Assembly: GCA_031258265.1 (NCBI GenBank)
Contig: JAIRNB010000174.1
Coordinates: 1 to 35,532, forward strand
Length of the DNA: 35,532 bases
Source of the DNA: Treponema sp.
GTDB taxonomy: Bacteria > Spirochaetota > Spirochaetia > Treponematales > Breznakiellaceae
Direction of reading: 5' to 3'
Under the pieces are notes generated by a model. The model did not search any database and was not told where the DNA came from. It saw only the letters and a list, made by a program, of their open reading frames with translations. Positions 1 through 8,275 of the stretch are shown here, in pieces. Position 1 is the first letter of the stretch; each line of letters opens with the position of its first letter. Made by a program: the position numbers and the translations under genes.

Positions 1-104
1 ATTTTGACTATACTAAATGGCAAAGGAATTTATGGAAAGATAAAACAATTGATGAAATATACAATATGGCAAAAGAGTTTGAAGAAAGAAAAAATAAAAA
101 TTAG
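1..104 (+). CDS. 3' end of an unidentified protein-coding gene (partial, continues left of the window)
   Basis: Frame 3 is open from the window edge to TAG at 102-104 (...FDYTKWQRNLWKDKTIDEIYNMAKEFEERKNKN*). It is absent from the ORF track because it is truncated. The DNA is about 22% GC (27 G+C in the first 120 nt, hand count), unlike the rest of the window. Confidence 0.35.
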   Translation, partial: FDYTKWQRNLWKDKTIDEIYNMAKEFEERKNKN

Positions 105-303
105 TATAAACATATAATGGAGTACGGGCGTACTGCACATAACAGGACTGTATGCGTTCCGCCGCCTTATTGGGCGGCTCCGGCCTTCAGTCGCCTAGGC
201 CGGCCGGCCTGCGGCCCCACTTTCACTTTTATATTGCCGCGCGGCGGCTTCGATACAGCCGGAACGATAGACACGTTAGAGGAAAAGTCCTTACAATTTG
301 CCT

Positions 304-1332
304 ATGAATACGAAACTAAAGATGGCGATTGTGGGCGCCGGGATCTGGGGGGAAAACCATGCCAGGATATACCGGGCCCACCCCTTTTGCGAGGTAGTGG
401 CGGTCTGTGACCGGGACAGGACTAAGGCGGAGGCCCTGGCCGCGAAGATAGGTATTGACCGGTATTACGATGACTACCGGGAGATGTTCAAAACCAGCGG
501 CTGCGATGCCGTGGCCATCGTAACCCCCGATTTTGCCCACGCGGAGGCGGCTATCTCCGCCGCGGAACATAAAAAGCATATTCTGGTGGAAAAGCCCCTG
601 GCCACCACCAGGGAAGAAGTGTCCGCCATGCGGGAGGCCTTTGAAAAAAACAAGGTCCGGGTAATGGTAGACCTCCACAACCGCTGGAGTCCCCCCTTCA
701 ATGTGGCCTATCAAAGCCTGGAACAGGGGGAGTTGGGAAAGCCCTATTCGGCATATATGCGGCTTAACGACATTAAATGGGTGGCCACGGATATGCTTCC
801 CTGGGCGGCCTCCTCATCGATTCTCTGGTTCCTGGGGAGTCACAGTGTCGATACCCTGCGCTGGTTCTTTGGCAGCGAGGTGTCGCGGGTCTATGCCGTC
901 AGCCGGAAGGGCCTGCTTGCGTCCCTGGGGGTGGATACGGTGGACAGCTATCTTTCGACGCTGGAATTTAAAAACGGCGGCATCGCCCAAATGGAAAACG
1001 GCTGGATTACCCCCAATGCCAATCCCTGCGTGAATGATATTAAATTCAACATCCTGGGGGATAGGGGAATGATAAGCCTGGATTTAAGCAGCCACAACCT
1101 TATCCAGAAATACACCGATGAAAAGGTCCAGGTCCCCGACGTGCTGGTTCAACATTCGGTTTTCGGATACCCCAGGGGTTTCGCCTTCGAGAGTATCCGG
1201 TCCTTTGTGGACTGTATGTTAAGCGGCGAGAAATTTCGCGTCTCGGTGGAAGACGCGGCCAATACCAGCTTAGTAATTCTGTCGATCATGGAATCCGCCC
1301 AAAAAAGGCAGCCGGTGGAAGTGGCGTATTAG
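304..1332 (+). CDS. Gfo/Idh/MocA family NAD(P)-dependent oxidoreductase
   Basis: N-terminal Rossmann motif MAIVGAGIWG followed by the EKPLA motif typical of the family. ATG at 304 is preferred over the TTG at 298 given in the track. Confidence 0.85.
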   Translation: MNTKLKMAIVGAGIWGENHARIYRAHPFCEVVAVCDRDRTKAEALAAKIGIDRYYDDYREMFKTSGCDAVAIVTPDFAHAEAAISAAEHKKHILVEKPLATTREEVSAMREAFEKNKVRVMVDLHNRWSPPFNVAYQSLEQGELGKPYSAYMRLNDIKWVATDMLPWAASSSILWFLGSHSVDTLRWFFGSEVSRVYAVSRKGLLASLGVDTVDSYLSTLEFKNGGIAQMENGWITPNANPCVNDIKFNILGDRGMISLDLSSHNLIQKYTDEKVQVPDVLVQHSVFGYPRGFAFESIRSFVDCMLSGEKFRVSVEDAANTSLVILSIMESAQKRQPVEVAY

Positions 1333-1400
1333 GCGGTCCCGCACTTCAAGGGTGAACGGCAACAAACAGAGTCCGTCCGCTTGCCTTTCCGCCGTGTTTC

Positions 1401-2030
1401 TTAAATCTCTTCCCCCGCCCGCCATTTTTCTATCCGGTCGTATGCGGCGTTGATCTTCGCCATTTTTTTTGTGGCCTTTTCCATGTTGCCCTGGTGGCCC
1501 GCGTGGCGGTCCGGGTGATGCAGTTTGAGAAGCCGCCGGTAGGCGGCCTTACATTCTTCCGGTCCCGCGCCAAAGGGGAGCCCCAGTTCCGCAAAGTCGG
1601 GCCGCAGTTTTTCCGGCGCTTCCCCGGAATCCCGCCGCCGGGTCCCGCCGTCACCCCAGGTCCGGCTTCCCGTTCTGCCCCGGGTCTCATCCCGGCTATC
1701 ATTCCAGGCCCGGCCGCCGGCCCCGTCTTTAGCCCAGGCCCCGCCGGAATTCCCCCAGTCTCCGCTCCGGCCCCCGGTTCCCCTATCGCTCCAGGCTCCC
1801 CCGGAATTGCTCCGGTCTCCGGTTCTACTGTCGCCCCAGTCCCCGGTCTTTGCCCGGTGATTCCGGGCCCAGGGACCAGGGCCGGGCCCTTCACCCCGGA
1901 GAAAACTCTCCAGTTCCGCCTCCGCTTCTTCTATATCCGGATCTCCTCCCCGGGGCCGGCCAAATATCCGGCTGTCCTCATCGTTCAGGTAGCTTTTGAT
2001 CACATCCCCCAGGCGGTCGAATATCCCCAT
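1401..2030 (-). CDS. J-domain (DnaJ-like) protein with an N-terminal amphipathic helix and a W/G-rich repeat linker
   Basis: C-terminal J domain with an HPD tripeptide (...YRRLLKLHHPDRHAG...INAAYDRIEKW). The central region carries GDWG/GGAW-type repeats. The overlapping plus-strand 254-aa ORF is a P/G-rich shadow. Confidence 0.8.
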   Translation of the reverse strand: MGIFDRLGDVIKSYLNDEDSRIFGRPRGGDPDIEEAEAELESFLRGEGPGPGPWARNHRAKTGDWGDSRTGDRSNSGGAWSDRGTGGRSGDWGNSGGAWAKDGAGGRAWNDSRDETRGRTGSRTWGDGGTRRRDSGEAPEKLRPDFAELGLPFGAGPEECKAAYRRLLKLHHPDRHAGHQGNMEKATKKMAKINAAYDRIEKWRAGEEI

Positions 2031-2074
2031 GGCTCCTCCCGAATCTCCCCCTTAGTATACCATTTTTTGAATTT

Positions 2075-2083
2075 TGATATAAT
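2075..2083 (+). promoter_or_regulatory. Putative extended -10 promoter (TGaTATAAT) for galM
   Basis: TG at 2075-2076 and TATAAT at 2078-2083 lie in an AT-rich divergent intergenic region. I found no good -35. Confidence 0.4.
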
Positions 2084-2244
2084 GAAGCCGTATCAAAAAA
2101 GCCGTATCAAAACCGCGGGTTTTGAAGATTCCGGTCATGCGGACCGGGAAGCCCGCGGGGCTTTGTGGATTTTTTGCGTGGAGGGCGCCGCCGTATGGAG
2201 GGCGCAAAGCGAGCCGTTCCGGCTTACCAATCCCTGGAGGACAC

Positions 2245-3291
2245 ATGAAAATCAGTAAGAAAACCTTCGGAATCCTGCCCAATGGCAAGAAAGTGCGTAT
2301 CTATACCCTTCTTGCGGGGGAACTGTCGTTTTCCGTCACCGATCTGGGGGCAACCTGGACTTCCCTCATCGTGCCGTCCCGGCTGGGCCGCAAAGACGAT
2401 GTACTCCTGGGGGCCTCCTCCTTTGCCGGCTATAGCGGCAGCCCCGGCCCTCTGGCCATTACCGTAGGCCGTTTTGCCAACCGGATCGGCGGGGCCTCCT
2501 TTACCCTGGACGGTAAAACCTACCAGCTGGAGAAAAATGACGGGCCCAATTCCCTTCATGGCGGCCGGCGGGGTTATAGCCAGGTTCTCTGGAAATCGGA
2601 GGCCTACAAGGAGAAGGACGGGGTCTATGTGCGTTTTGAGTACAACAGCCCCGACGGGGACTCCGGTTTTCCGGGGAATTTACGGGCGGTAGTAACCTAC
2701 GGCCTCACCAAATCCAACGAGATCACCGCCTCCTACCGGGCCAAGGCCGATAAGCGGACCCCGGTAAACCTGACCAACCATGCCTACTTTAACCTTGCCG
2801 GGGAGGGGAAGGGCAAGATCCTGGACCACGAGCTTACCCTCCACTGTTCCTCCATCCTGGAAGTAGACGAGGGCCTTATCCCCACAGGCAAGATCCTCCC
2901 CGTGGCAGGCACGGCCTATGACTTCCGTTCCCCCAAACCCATCGGCAAGGACCTGGAAACGGCGGTCCAGGCCGGGGCCCCCGGTGGTTACGATCACTGC
3001 TACGTGGTAGACGGGGAACCCGGCAAACTCCGGCCCTGCGCGGAGATCTTCGAAGGAACCGGCGGCAGGACCCTGAAGATCCTCGCCACCCAGCCGGGGG
3101 TCCAGTTCTACACTGGCAATTTCCTAAAAGCGGCGCCGGGAAAGGCCGGCGCGATCTACAGCCAGCATGACGGCTTCTGCCTGGAAACCCAGCACTTCCC
3201 CGACTCCCCCAACAGGCCGGAGTTCCCGGACTCAATCTTCGGTCCCGGCAGGGACTACCACGAAAAGGCGGTTTTTGCCTTTAGCTGGTAG
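2245..3291 (+). CDS. galM: Aldose 1-epimerase (galactose mutarotase)
   Basis: Family-typical segments (FTLDGKTYQLEKNDGPNSLHGG, NLTNHAYFNL, CLETQHFPDSPN). ATG at 2245 is preceded by GGAGG at 2236-2240. The upstream extension in the track (from 2122) is R/G/P-rich. Confidence 0.85.
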   Translation: MKISKKTFGILPNGKKVRIYTLLAGELSFSVTDLGATWTSLIVPSRLGRKDDVLLGASSFAGYSGSPGPLAITVGRFANRIGGASFTLDGKTYQLEKNDGPNSLHGGRRGYSQVLWKSEAYKEKDGVYVRFEYNSPDGDSGFPGNLRAVVTYGLTKSNEITASYRAKADKRTPVNLTNHAYFNLAGEGKGKILDHELTLHCSSILEVDEGLIPTGKILPVAGTAYDFRSPKPIGKDLETAVQAGAPGGYDHCYVVDGEPGKLRPCAEIFEGTGGRTLKILATQPGVQFYTGNFLKAAPGKAGAIYSQHDGFCLETQHFPDSPNRPEFPDSIFGPGRDYHEKAVFAFSW

Positions 3292-3298
3292 GTTTCTT

Positions 3299-3400
3299 GG
3301 GCGCATCCGCCCGCCTCCGGCGGGCGGACCGGGCTATCGCTGCAATTCCTCAGCCCGCCTCCGGCGGGCTTCCGGTATTTCCGCTCTATCCCTTGCGCGA
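3299..3400 (+). repeat. Repeat module A, copy A1 (divergent copy, left arm of the foldback)
   Basis: Runs from gggcgcatc, through GC hairpins (e.g. ccgcccgcc-tcc-ggcgggcgg, 3307-3327), to atcccttgcgcga. It has the same ends as A2 and A3. Confidence 0.7.
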
Positions 3401-3468
3401 GAGGCCAAGAACAAACAACCTACGGTTGCCTGTTCCGGGCTATGCGGTTCCACATTGTCCAATATACA

Positions 3469-3536
3469 GCCTTCGGCCGGCAGGATGCCGGCTGTGATAA
3501 ATGCATACGTTTTTGCAGCTTTTGTTCCAGCCCAAA
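3469..3536 (-). repeat. Repeat module C (68 nt, exact reverse complement of 14678-14745)
   Basis: Base-by-base manual alignment found no mismatch over 68 nt. Contains the gccggca-tcc-tgccggc hairpin. Confidence 0.9.
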
Positions 3537-3560
3537 AATGGCATGGATGCCATTTTTGGG
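3531..3560. repeat. Perfect 30-nt palindrome (14+2+14): cccaaaaatggcat-gg-atgccatttttggg
   Basis: Read directly from the sequence. In the 14.6-kb copy the equivalent position holds a different hairpin (cccaaacc-gca-ggtttggg). Confidence 0.9.
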
Positions 3561-3691
3561 CAGCGCAAGGGATTGGAGGGGCCCGAAGGGGCCACCGCAG
3601 TCCCGCCTGCGGCGGGACGAGGAGGCCGGAGCGGGAAGGGACCCGCGGAGCCCCGGAAAGCCCGGTTCCCGCCGTAGGCGGGAATGCGCCC
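3561..3691 (-). repeat. Repeat module A, copy A2 (right arm of the foldback, inverted relative to A1)
   Basis: The reverse complement reads gggcgcattcccgcctacggcggg...ctccggcctcctcg...ctgcggtggccccttcgggcccctccaatcccttgcgc, which closely matches A3 at 14436-14553. Confidence 0.8.
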
Positions 3692-3769
3692 ATAGAAACT
3701 CGACATTAATTCATACTGGGTAGAAAGTTAATCCGGGCATGGAATTACCCCCTCTTTTTTTGGTTTGTC

Positions 3770-3796
3770 TTGAAATAAGTCCTGAATGTATATAAT
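3770..3796 (+). promoter_or_regulatory. Putative promoter of the V-ATPase operon (TTGAAA-N15-TATAAT)
   Basis: TTGAAA at 3770-3775 and TATAAT at 3791-3796. The 15-nt spacer is short, so confidence is low. Confidence 0.35.
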
Positions 3797-3842
3797 TTAG
3801 GGTATATCTTTGCCCGGATCGGCTAAACTTAAAGAGGAAACC

Positions 3843-4457
3843 ATGGAAATTCAGTTGCAAGAACTCATTGATAAGATAAAGAGGGACGGAATTGAGTCCG
3901 CCTCCGAAGAGGCTGCCCGCCTTAAAAATCAGGCGGAGGGGGAGGCCAGACGGATAGTGGAGGCCGCCCGGAAAGAGGCGGAGGCTATTGCCGCCGCCGC
4001 CAGGGCCGATGCTGAAAGGACGGAGAAGGCGGGGATTGCCGCGGTGGCCCAGGCTTCCCGGAACCTTATTTTGGCTTTCAAAGGGGAAATTCAGGCGGTT
4101 CTGGACCGGATTGTCGCCAGAGAGACCGCCGCCGTATATAACGGGGATGTTATCAAGGCCGCTTTGCCGGAAATTCTCAAGAATTGGGCCGCCAAGGGCA
4201 GCGATTCCCTGGATATTCTCCTGCCGGAGGCCCAGCTTGGTTCCCTGGAGGGCTTTTTTCGGGAAAAACTTGCCGGGGAACTCAAAAAAGGGGTGGAACT
4301 TAAGTCCGACCGGAATTTGGGGGCGGGTTTCCGTATTGCCAACCGGGACGGTTCCGCCTACTACGACTTTTCCGCCGGGGCGGTGGGGGATCTGCTTTCC
4401 GCCTATCTTAATCCCCGGCTGGCGGAAATCGTAAAAGCCCAGGCGAAGGAAATGTAA
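3843..4457 (+). CDS. atpE: V-type ATP synthase subunit E
   Basis: A/E/K-rich coiled-coil N-terminus (MEIQLQELIDKIKRDG...EAARKEAEAI), first gene of the A/B/D/I/K operon. ATG at 3843 has an AGAGGA RBS. Confidence 0.8.
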   Translation: MEIQLQELIDKIKRDGIESASEEAARLKNQAEGEARRIVEAARKEAEAIAAAARADAERTEKAGIAAVAQASRNLILAFKGEIQAVLDRIVARETAAVYNGDVIKAALPEILKNWAAKGSDSLDILLPEAQLGSLEGFFREKLAGELKKGVELKSDRNLGAGFRIANRDGSAYYDFSAGAVGDLLSAYLNPRLAEIVKAQAKEM

Positions 4458-4460
4458 GAA

Positions 4461-5060
4461 GTGGGCGCCTACTATTACCTTGTCGCCCAGCTTCCCAGTC
4501 TTGTTTACGGCCAGGAACCGCCCATGAGTTCCGCCCGTTTCCGGGACCTTGCGCGGACGCAGTTAAGCGCGGAGGACGCCGCCCTTTTTACCCTCCTTAG
4601 CCTTGATCCCCAGCCTGAGTCTACCGCCGGCCGCCCTTCCTATGCGGAGGCCGGCGGCCCTTCGGGTTCCGGTTTTATTGACCAGTGGCGGGATTGGGAG
4701 CGGGCCCTGCGCCTGAATCTGGCCCGGCTCCGCGCTTCCAGGCTGAAACGGGAAGGGGCCGCGCCTGTGGACCCCCCTGTGGTCCCGGCGGACGCGGCAA
4801 GCGGCGCCCTGCAGGCCATGGCGGCGGCGGAAAATCCGCTGGAAGCGGAGATCCTTTTGGACAGGGCCCGCTGGAACGCCATAGAGCAGTTCCAGGGAAT
4901 ATCCGCCTTTAGCCGGAATGTTGTTTACGCATACCTTCTCAAGCTCCTTATTTTGGAACGCCATGCCTCTTTTAGAGCGGAAACAGGCTTCGCTGAATAT
5001 AAATCCCTATACGCTTCAATTTTGGAACACGCCCGGCCGGGCGCAGGAGAATCTAAATGA
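4461..5060 (+). CDS. V-ATPase operon protein in the subunit C position (DUF2764-like)
   Basis: GTG start 3 nt after the atpE stop, and its end overlaps the atpA start (ATGA). N-terminus is YYYLVAQLPSL. The same position holds a conserved hypothetical in spirochaete and chlamydial V-ATPase operons. The family assignment is from memory. Confidence 0.55.
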   Translation: MGAYYYLVAQLPSLVYGQEPPMSSARFRDLARTQLSAEDAALFTLLSLDPQPESTAGRPSYAEAGGPSGSGFIDQWRDWERALRLNLARLRASRLKREGAAPVDPPVVPADAASGALQAMAAAENPLEAEILLDRARWNAIEQFQGISAFSRNVVYAYLLKLLILERHASFRAETGFAEYKSLYASILEHARPGAGESK

Positions 5061-6817
5061 CTGGAACGAAAGGCAGTGTGGTAGCTGTCAACGGTAACAT
5101 GGTCAGCGTCCGCTTTGACGGCGCCGTATCCATGAACGAGGTGGGCTACGTTAAAGTTGGAGATAAACGGCTCAAGAGCGAGGTTATCCGTATCCGGGGG
5201 GATATTTCCCAGCTCCAGGTTTTTGAAATTACCAAGGGTATAACTATCGGAGACGAGGTGGAGTACACCGGGGATATGCTGGCCGTCGAAGTGGGGCCCG
5301 GCCTCTTGGGCCAGGTCTACGACGGACTCCAGAACCCCCTGCCCCAACTGGCGGAGGCGGCGGGTTACTTCCTGGAACGGGGGGTATACCTTGACGCCCT
5401 GCCTTTGGAAAAAACCTGGGACTTTAAACCCGCCGTCAAACCTGGGGACAAGGTAGAACGGGCGGACACCCTGGGAACCGTACCGGAAGGGGCCTTTTCC
5501 CACCGGATCATGGTTCCCTTTAACCTTTATGGGACTTATACGGTCTCCTCGATCAAGCCCGCCGGTGCGTACAAGGTCCGGGACCCTATCGCGGAACTCA
5601 GCGATGAAAAGGGTAACACGGTCCCCGTCTCCATGTGTTTCCGCTGGCCTGTTAAGCGGCCGGTGGACTGTTATGAGGAACGCCTTAAACCCGCCGAACC
5701 CATGGTAACCAGGGTCCGCCTTATCGACACCTTCTTCCCCGTGGCCCGGGGGGGAACCTACTGTATCCCCGGCCCCTTCGGGGCGGGAAAAACGGTTTTA
5801 CAGCAGATCACCAGCCGCCACGCGGATGTGGATATTGTGATTCTTGCGGCCTGCGGCGAGCGGGCCGGGGAAGTGGTGGAAACCCTGAAGGAATTCCCCG
5901 AACTTACCGACCCCCGGACCGGCCGTTCCCTGATGGAACGGACCGTCATCATCTGTAATACCTCTTCCATGCCCGTGGCGGCCCGGGAGGCGTCGGTCTA
6001 CACCGCGGTGACTCTGGCGGAGTATTACCGCCAGATGGGGCTCAACGTCCTTCTTCTGGCCGATTCCACCAGCCGCTGGGCCCAGGCCATGCGGGAAATG
6101 TCGGGCCGCCTGGAGGAGTTTCCCGGGGAAGAAGCCTTCCCGGCATACCTGGAATCCACGATTGCCAGCTTTTACGAGCGGGCGGGGATTGTACGGCTGC
6201 GGGACGGCAGTATCGGTTCCGTTACCATCGGCGGGACGGTCAGCCCCGCGGGGGGTAACTTTGAGGAACCGGTAACCCAGGCTACTTTGAAGGTGGTGGG
6301 GGCCTTCCACGGCCTTTCCCGGGAACGTTCCGATGCCCGTAAATTCCCCGCCATCCATCCCCTGGATTCCTGGTCAAAGTATCCGGGGATCATCAGCGCC
6401 GCCAAGGTGGCCTACGCCCATGGTTTCATGCGCCGGGGTTCCGAAGTCGAGCAGATGATGAAAGTTGTCGGCGAGGAAGGGACCAGCATTGATGACTATG
6501 TAGTGTATCTCAAGGGGGAACTTATCGACTCGGTGTACTTCCAGCAGAATTCCTTTGACGCGGTTGACGCGGCGGTAAGTCCTGAACGGCAGGCCCATGT
6601 GTTTGGTATTCTTTTGATCATCATGGCTTCCCATTTCAGCTTTCCCGATAAGAACGAAGCCCGCAGTTGGTTCAACCGGCTCCGGCAGCGTTTTTTGGAC
6701 TATAACGGTTCCGAATGGCAGGGGGAGCGGTTTAAGACCCTGGAAAAAGAGATTCGGGACGAGGTGGACGCCAAGGCCGAAGGTCAGGACCCGGCGGGCC
6801 AAAAAATTATTGCCTAG
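5057..6817 (+). CDS. atpA: V-type ATP synthase catalytic subunit A
   Basis: Walker A motif GPFGAGKT. Long conserved stretches (SRWAQAMREMSGRLEEFPGEEAFPAYL). Confidence 0.95.
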   Translation: MTGTKGSVVAVNGNMVSVRFDGAVSMNEVGYVKVGDKRLKSEVIRIRGDISQLQVFEITKGITIGDEVEYTGDMLAVEVGPGLLGQVYDGLQNPLPQLAEAAGYFLERGVYLDALPLEKTWDFKPAVKPGDKVERADTLGTVPEGAFSHRIMVPFNLYGTYTVSSIKPAGAYKVRDPIAELSDEKGNTVPVSMCFRWPVKRPVDCYEERLKPAEPMVTRVRLIDTFFPVARGGTYCIPGPFGAGKTVLQQITSRHADVDIVILAACGERAGEVVETLKEFPELTDPRTGRSLMERTVIICNTSSMPVAAREASVYTAVTLAEYYRQMGLNVLLLADSTSRWAQAMREMSGRLEEFPGEEAFPAYLESTIASFYERAGIVRLRDGSIGSVTIGGTVSPAGGNFEEPVTQATLKVVGAFHGLSRERSDARKFPAIHPLDSWSKYPGIISAAKVAYAHGFMRRGSEVEQMMKVVGEEGTSIDDYVVYLKGELIDSVYFQQNSFDAVDAAVSPERQAHVFGILLIIMASHFSFPDKNEARSWFNRLRQRFLDYNGSEWQGERFKTLEKEIRDEVDAKAEGQDPAGQKIIA

Positions 6818-6832
6818 CAGCCTGATGTCATT

Positions 6833-6867
6833 GTGGTTTTTGCGCCGTTTTGTGCCGCAAAAACCAC
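6833..6867 (+). other. Intra-operon hairpin 1 between atpA and atpB (12-bp stem)
   Basis: gtggtttttgcg (6833-6844) pairs with cgcaaaaaccac (6856-6867), with an 11-nt loop. Confidence 0.6.
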
Positions 6868-6884
6868 GGTTTATGGGCTGCTTT

Positions 6885-6910
6885 GGCGGTTTGCAAGGTA
6901 AAAAACCGCC
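6885..6910 (+). other. Intra-operon hairpin 2 between atpA and atpB (8-bp stem)
   Basis: ggcggttt (6885-6892) pairs with aaaccgcc (6903-6910), with a 10-nt loop. Confidence 0.5.
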
Positions 6911-6972
6911 TGAAAGACGATTTGTGGAGGTTTTATGCGCGAAGCGCGACAAACTGCTAGACAGGGGAAACC

Positions 6973-8271
6973 ATGAAAAAGGTATACAGTAAAATTGAAT
7001 CTATTACCGGGTCCGTTATCACCGTCCGGGCCGAAGGGGTCCGTTATGGGGACCTGGCGGAGGTGGACACGGTATTCGGCAGCTCCCTGGCGGAGGTAAA
7101 CCGTCTGGAAAATGACATGGTTTCCCTCCAGGTCTTCGCCGGCGGCCGGGGTATTTCCACCGGCGATACGGTCCGCTTCCTTGGCTACCCCATGCGGGTA
7201 TCCTTTTCGGAGAATCTTATGGGCCGGGTCTTCTCCGGTTCCGGTGAACCCCGGGACAAGGGGCCGGCGCTCCGGGAGAATCTTATTCCCATAGGCGGCC
7301 CTTCGGTGAATCCCGCCCAGCGGATCATCCCCCGGAAGATGATCCGCACGGGGATTCCCATGATCGACCTTTTCAACACCCTGGTGGTGTCCCAGAAACT
7401 GCCGATCTTTTCCGTATCCGGGGAGCCCTACAACGAATTACTGGCCCGGATCGCCATGCAGGCGGAGGTGGACGTGATCATCCTGGGGGGCATGGGGCTT
7501 AAATACGACGACTACCTTTTCTTCAAGGACACCCTGGAAAACGGCGGCGCCCTCTCCCGGACGGTGATGTTTGTCCATACCGCCAGCGATCCCACGGTGG
7601 AATGTCTGATGATCCCCGATATGTCCCTGGCGGTGGCGGAACAATTTGCCCTCCAGGGCAAAGACGTGCTGGTCCTCCTTACCGACATGACCAACTTCGC
7701 CGACGCCATGAAGGAAATTTCGATTATCCAGGAACAGGTACCTTCCAACCGGGGTTATCCCGGGGACCTGTACTCCCAGCTTGCCAGCCGTTACGAGAAG
7801 GCCGTGGATTTTGATACATCCGGTTCCATCACCATCTTGGGGGTTACGACGATGCCCGGTGACGATGTAACCCACCCGGTGCCGGATAACACCGGGTATA
7901 TCACCGAGGGGCAGTATTACCTTAAAAACAGCCGTATTGAGCCCTTTGGTTCCCTGTCCCGGCTTAAGCAGCAGGTCAACGGCAAGACCCGCGCCGATCA
8001 CCGGGCCCTCATGGACGGCATGATCAAGCTCTATTCCGCCTACCGGGATACCCTGGAAAAGAAGGCCATGGGTTTTATCATGACCGCCTGGGACGACAAG
8101 CTCCTTAAATACGGGGGTTCCTTTGAACGGCAGATGATGGACCTTTCGGTGAATATCCCCCTGGAACGGGCTCTGGACCTGGGCTGGGAAATACTGGCCG
8201 ACTGTTTCAGCCCCGAGGAAACGGGCCTGCGGACCGAGCTTATCAGTAAATTCTGGCCTAAAAAGGACTAA
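6973..8271 (+). CDS. atpB: V-type ATP synthase subunit B
   Basis: Typical V/A-type B subunit sequence ([29 protein letters not shown]). Confidence 0.95.
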   Translation: MKKVYSKIESITGSVITVRAEGVRYGDLAEVDTVFGSSLAEVNRLENDMVSLQVFAGGRGISTGDTVRFLGYPMRVSFSENLMGRVFSGSGEPRDKGPALRENLIPIGGPSVNPAQRIIPRKMIRTGIPMIDLFNTLVVSQKLPIFSVSGEPYNELLARIAMQAEVDVIILGGMGLKYDDYLFFKDTLENGGALSRTVMFVHTASDPTVECLMIPDMSLAVAEQFALQGKDVLVLLTDMTNFADAMKEISIIQEQVPSNRGYPGDLYSQLASRYEKAVDFDTSGSITILGVTTMPGDDVTHPVPDNTGYITEGQYYLKNSRIEPFGSLSRLKQQVNGKTRADHRALMDGMIKLYSAYRDTLEKKAMGFIMTAWDDKLLKYGGSFERQMMDLSVNIPLERALDLGWEILADCFSPEETGLRTELISKFWPKKD

Positions 8272-8275
8272 GGCC

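Noticed and set aside
1494-2258. 254-aa plus-strand ORF opposite the J-domain gene
   Set aside because: It is extremely P/G/A-rich and mirrors the G/W/R repeat region of the minus-strand gene, which has a clear HPD J domain. It also runs through the divergent promoter region.
3297-3723. Several 66-180-aa ORFs on both strands within the foldback (e.g. 3167-3709 +, 3334-3693 -, 3440-3706 -)
   Set aside because: They mirror one another because the DNA is palindromic. They are R/P/G/A-rich and lack RBSs. The apparent peptide similarity to ORF 14370-14600 is explained by nucleotide repeat module A.
6810-6992. 60-aa ORF in the atpA-atpB spacer
   Set aside because: It overlaps the end of atpA and the start of atpB, has no RBS, and is R/F/G-rich. 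The region is better explained by two RNA hairpins.
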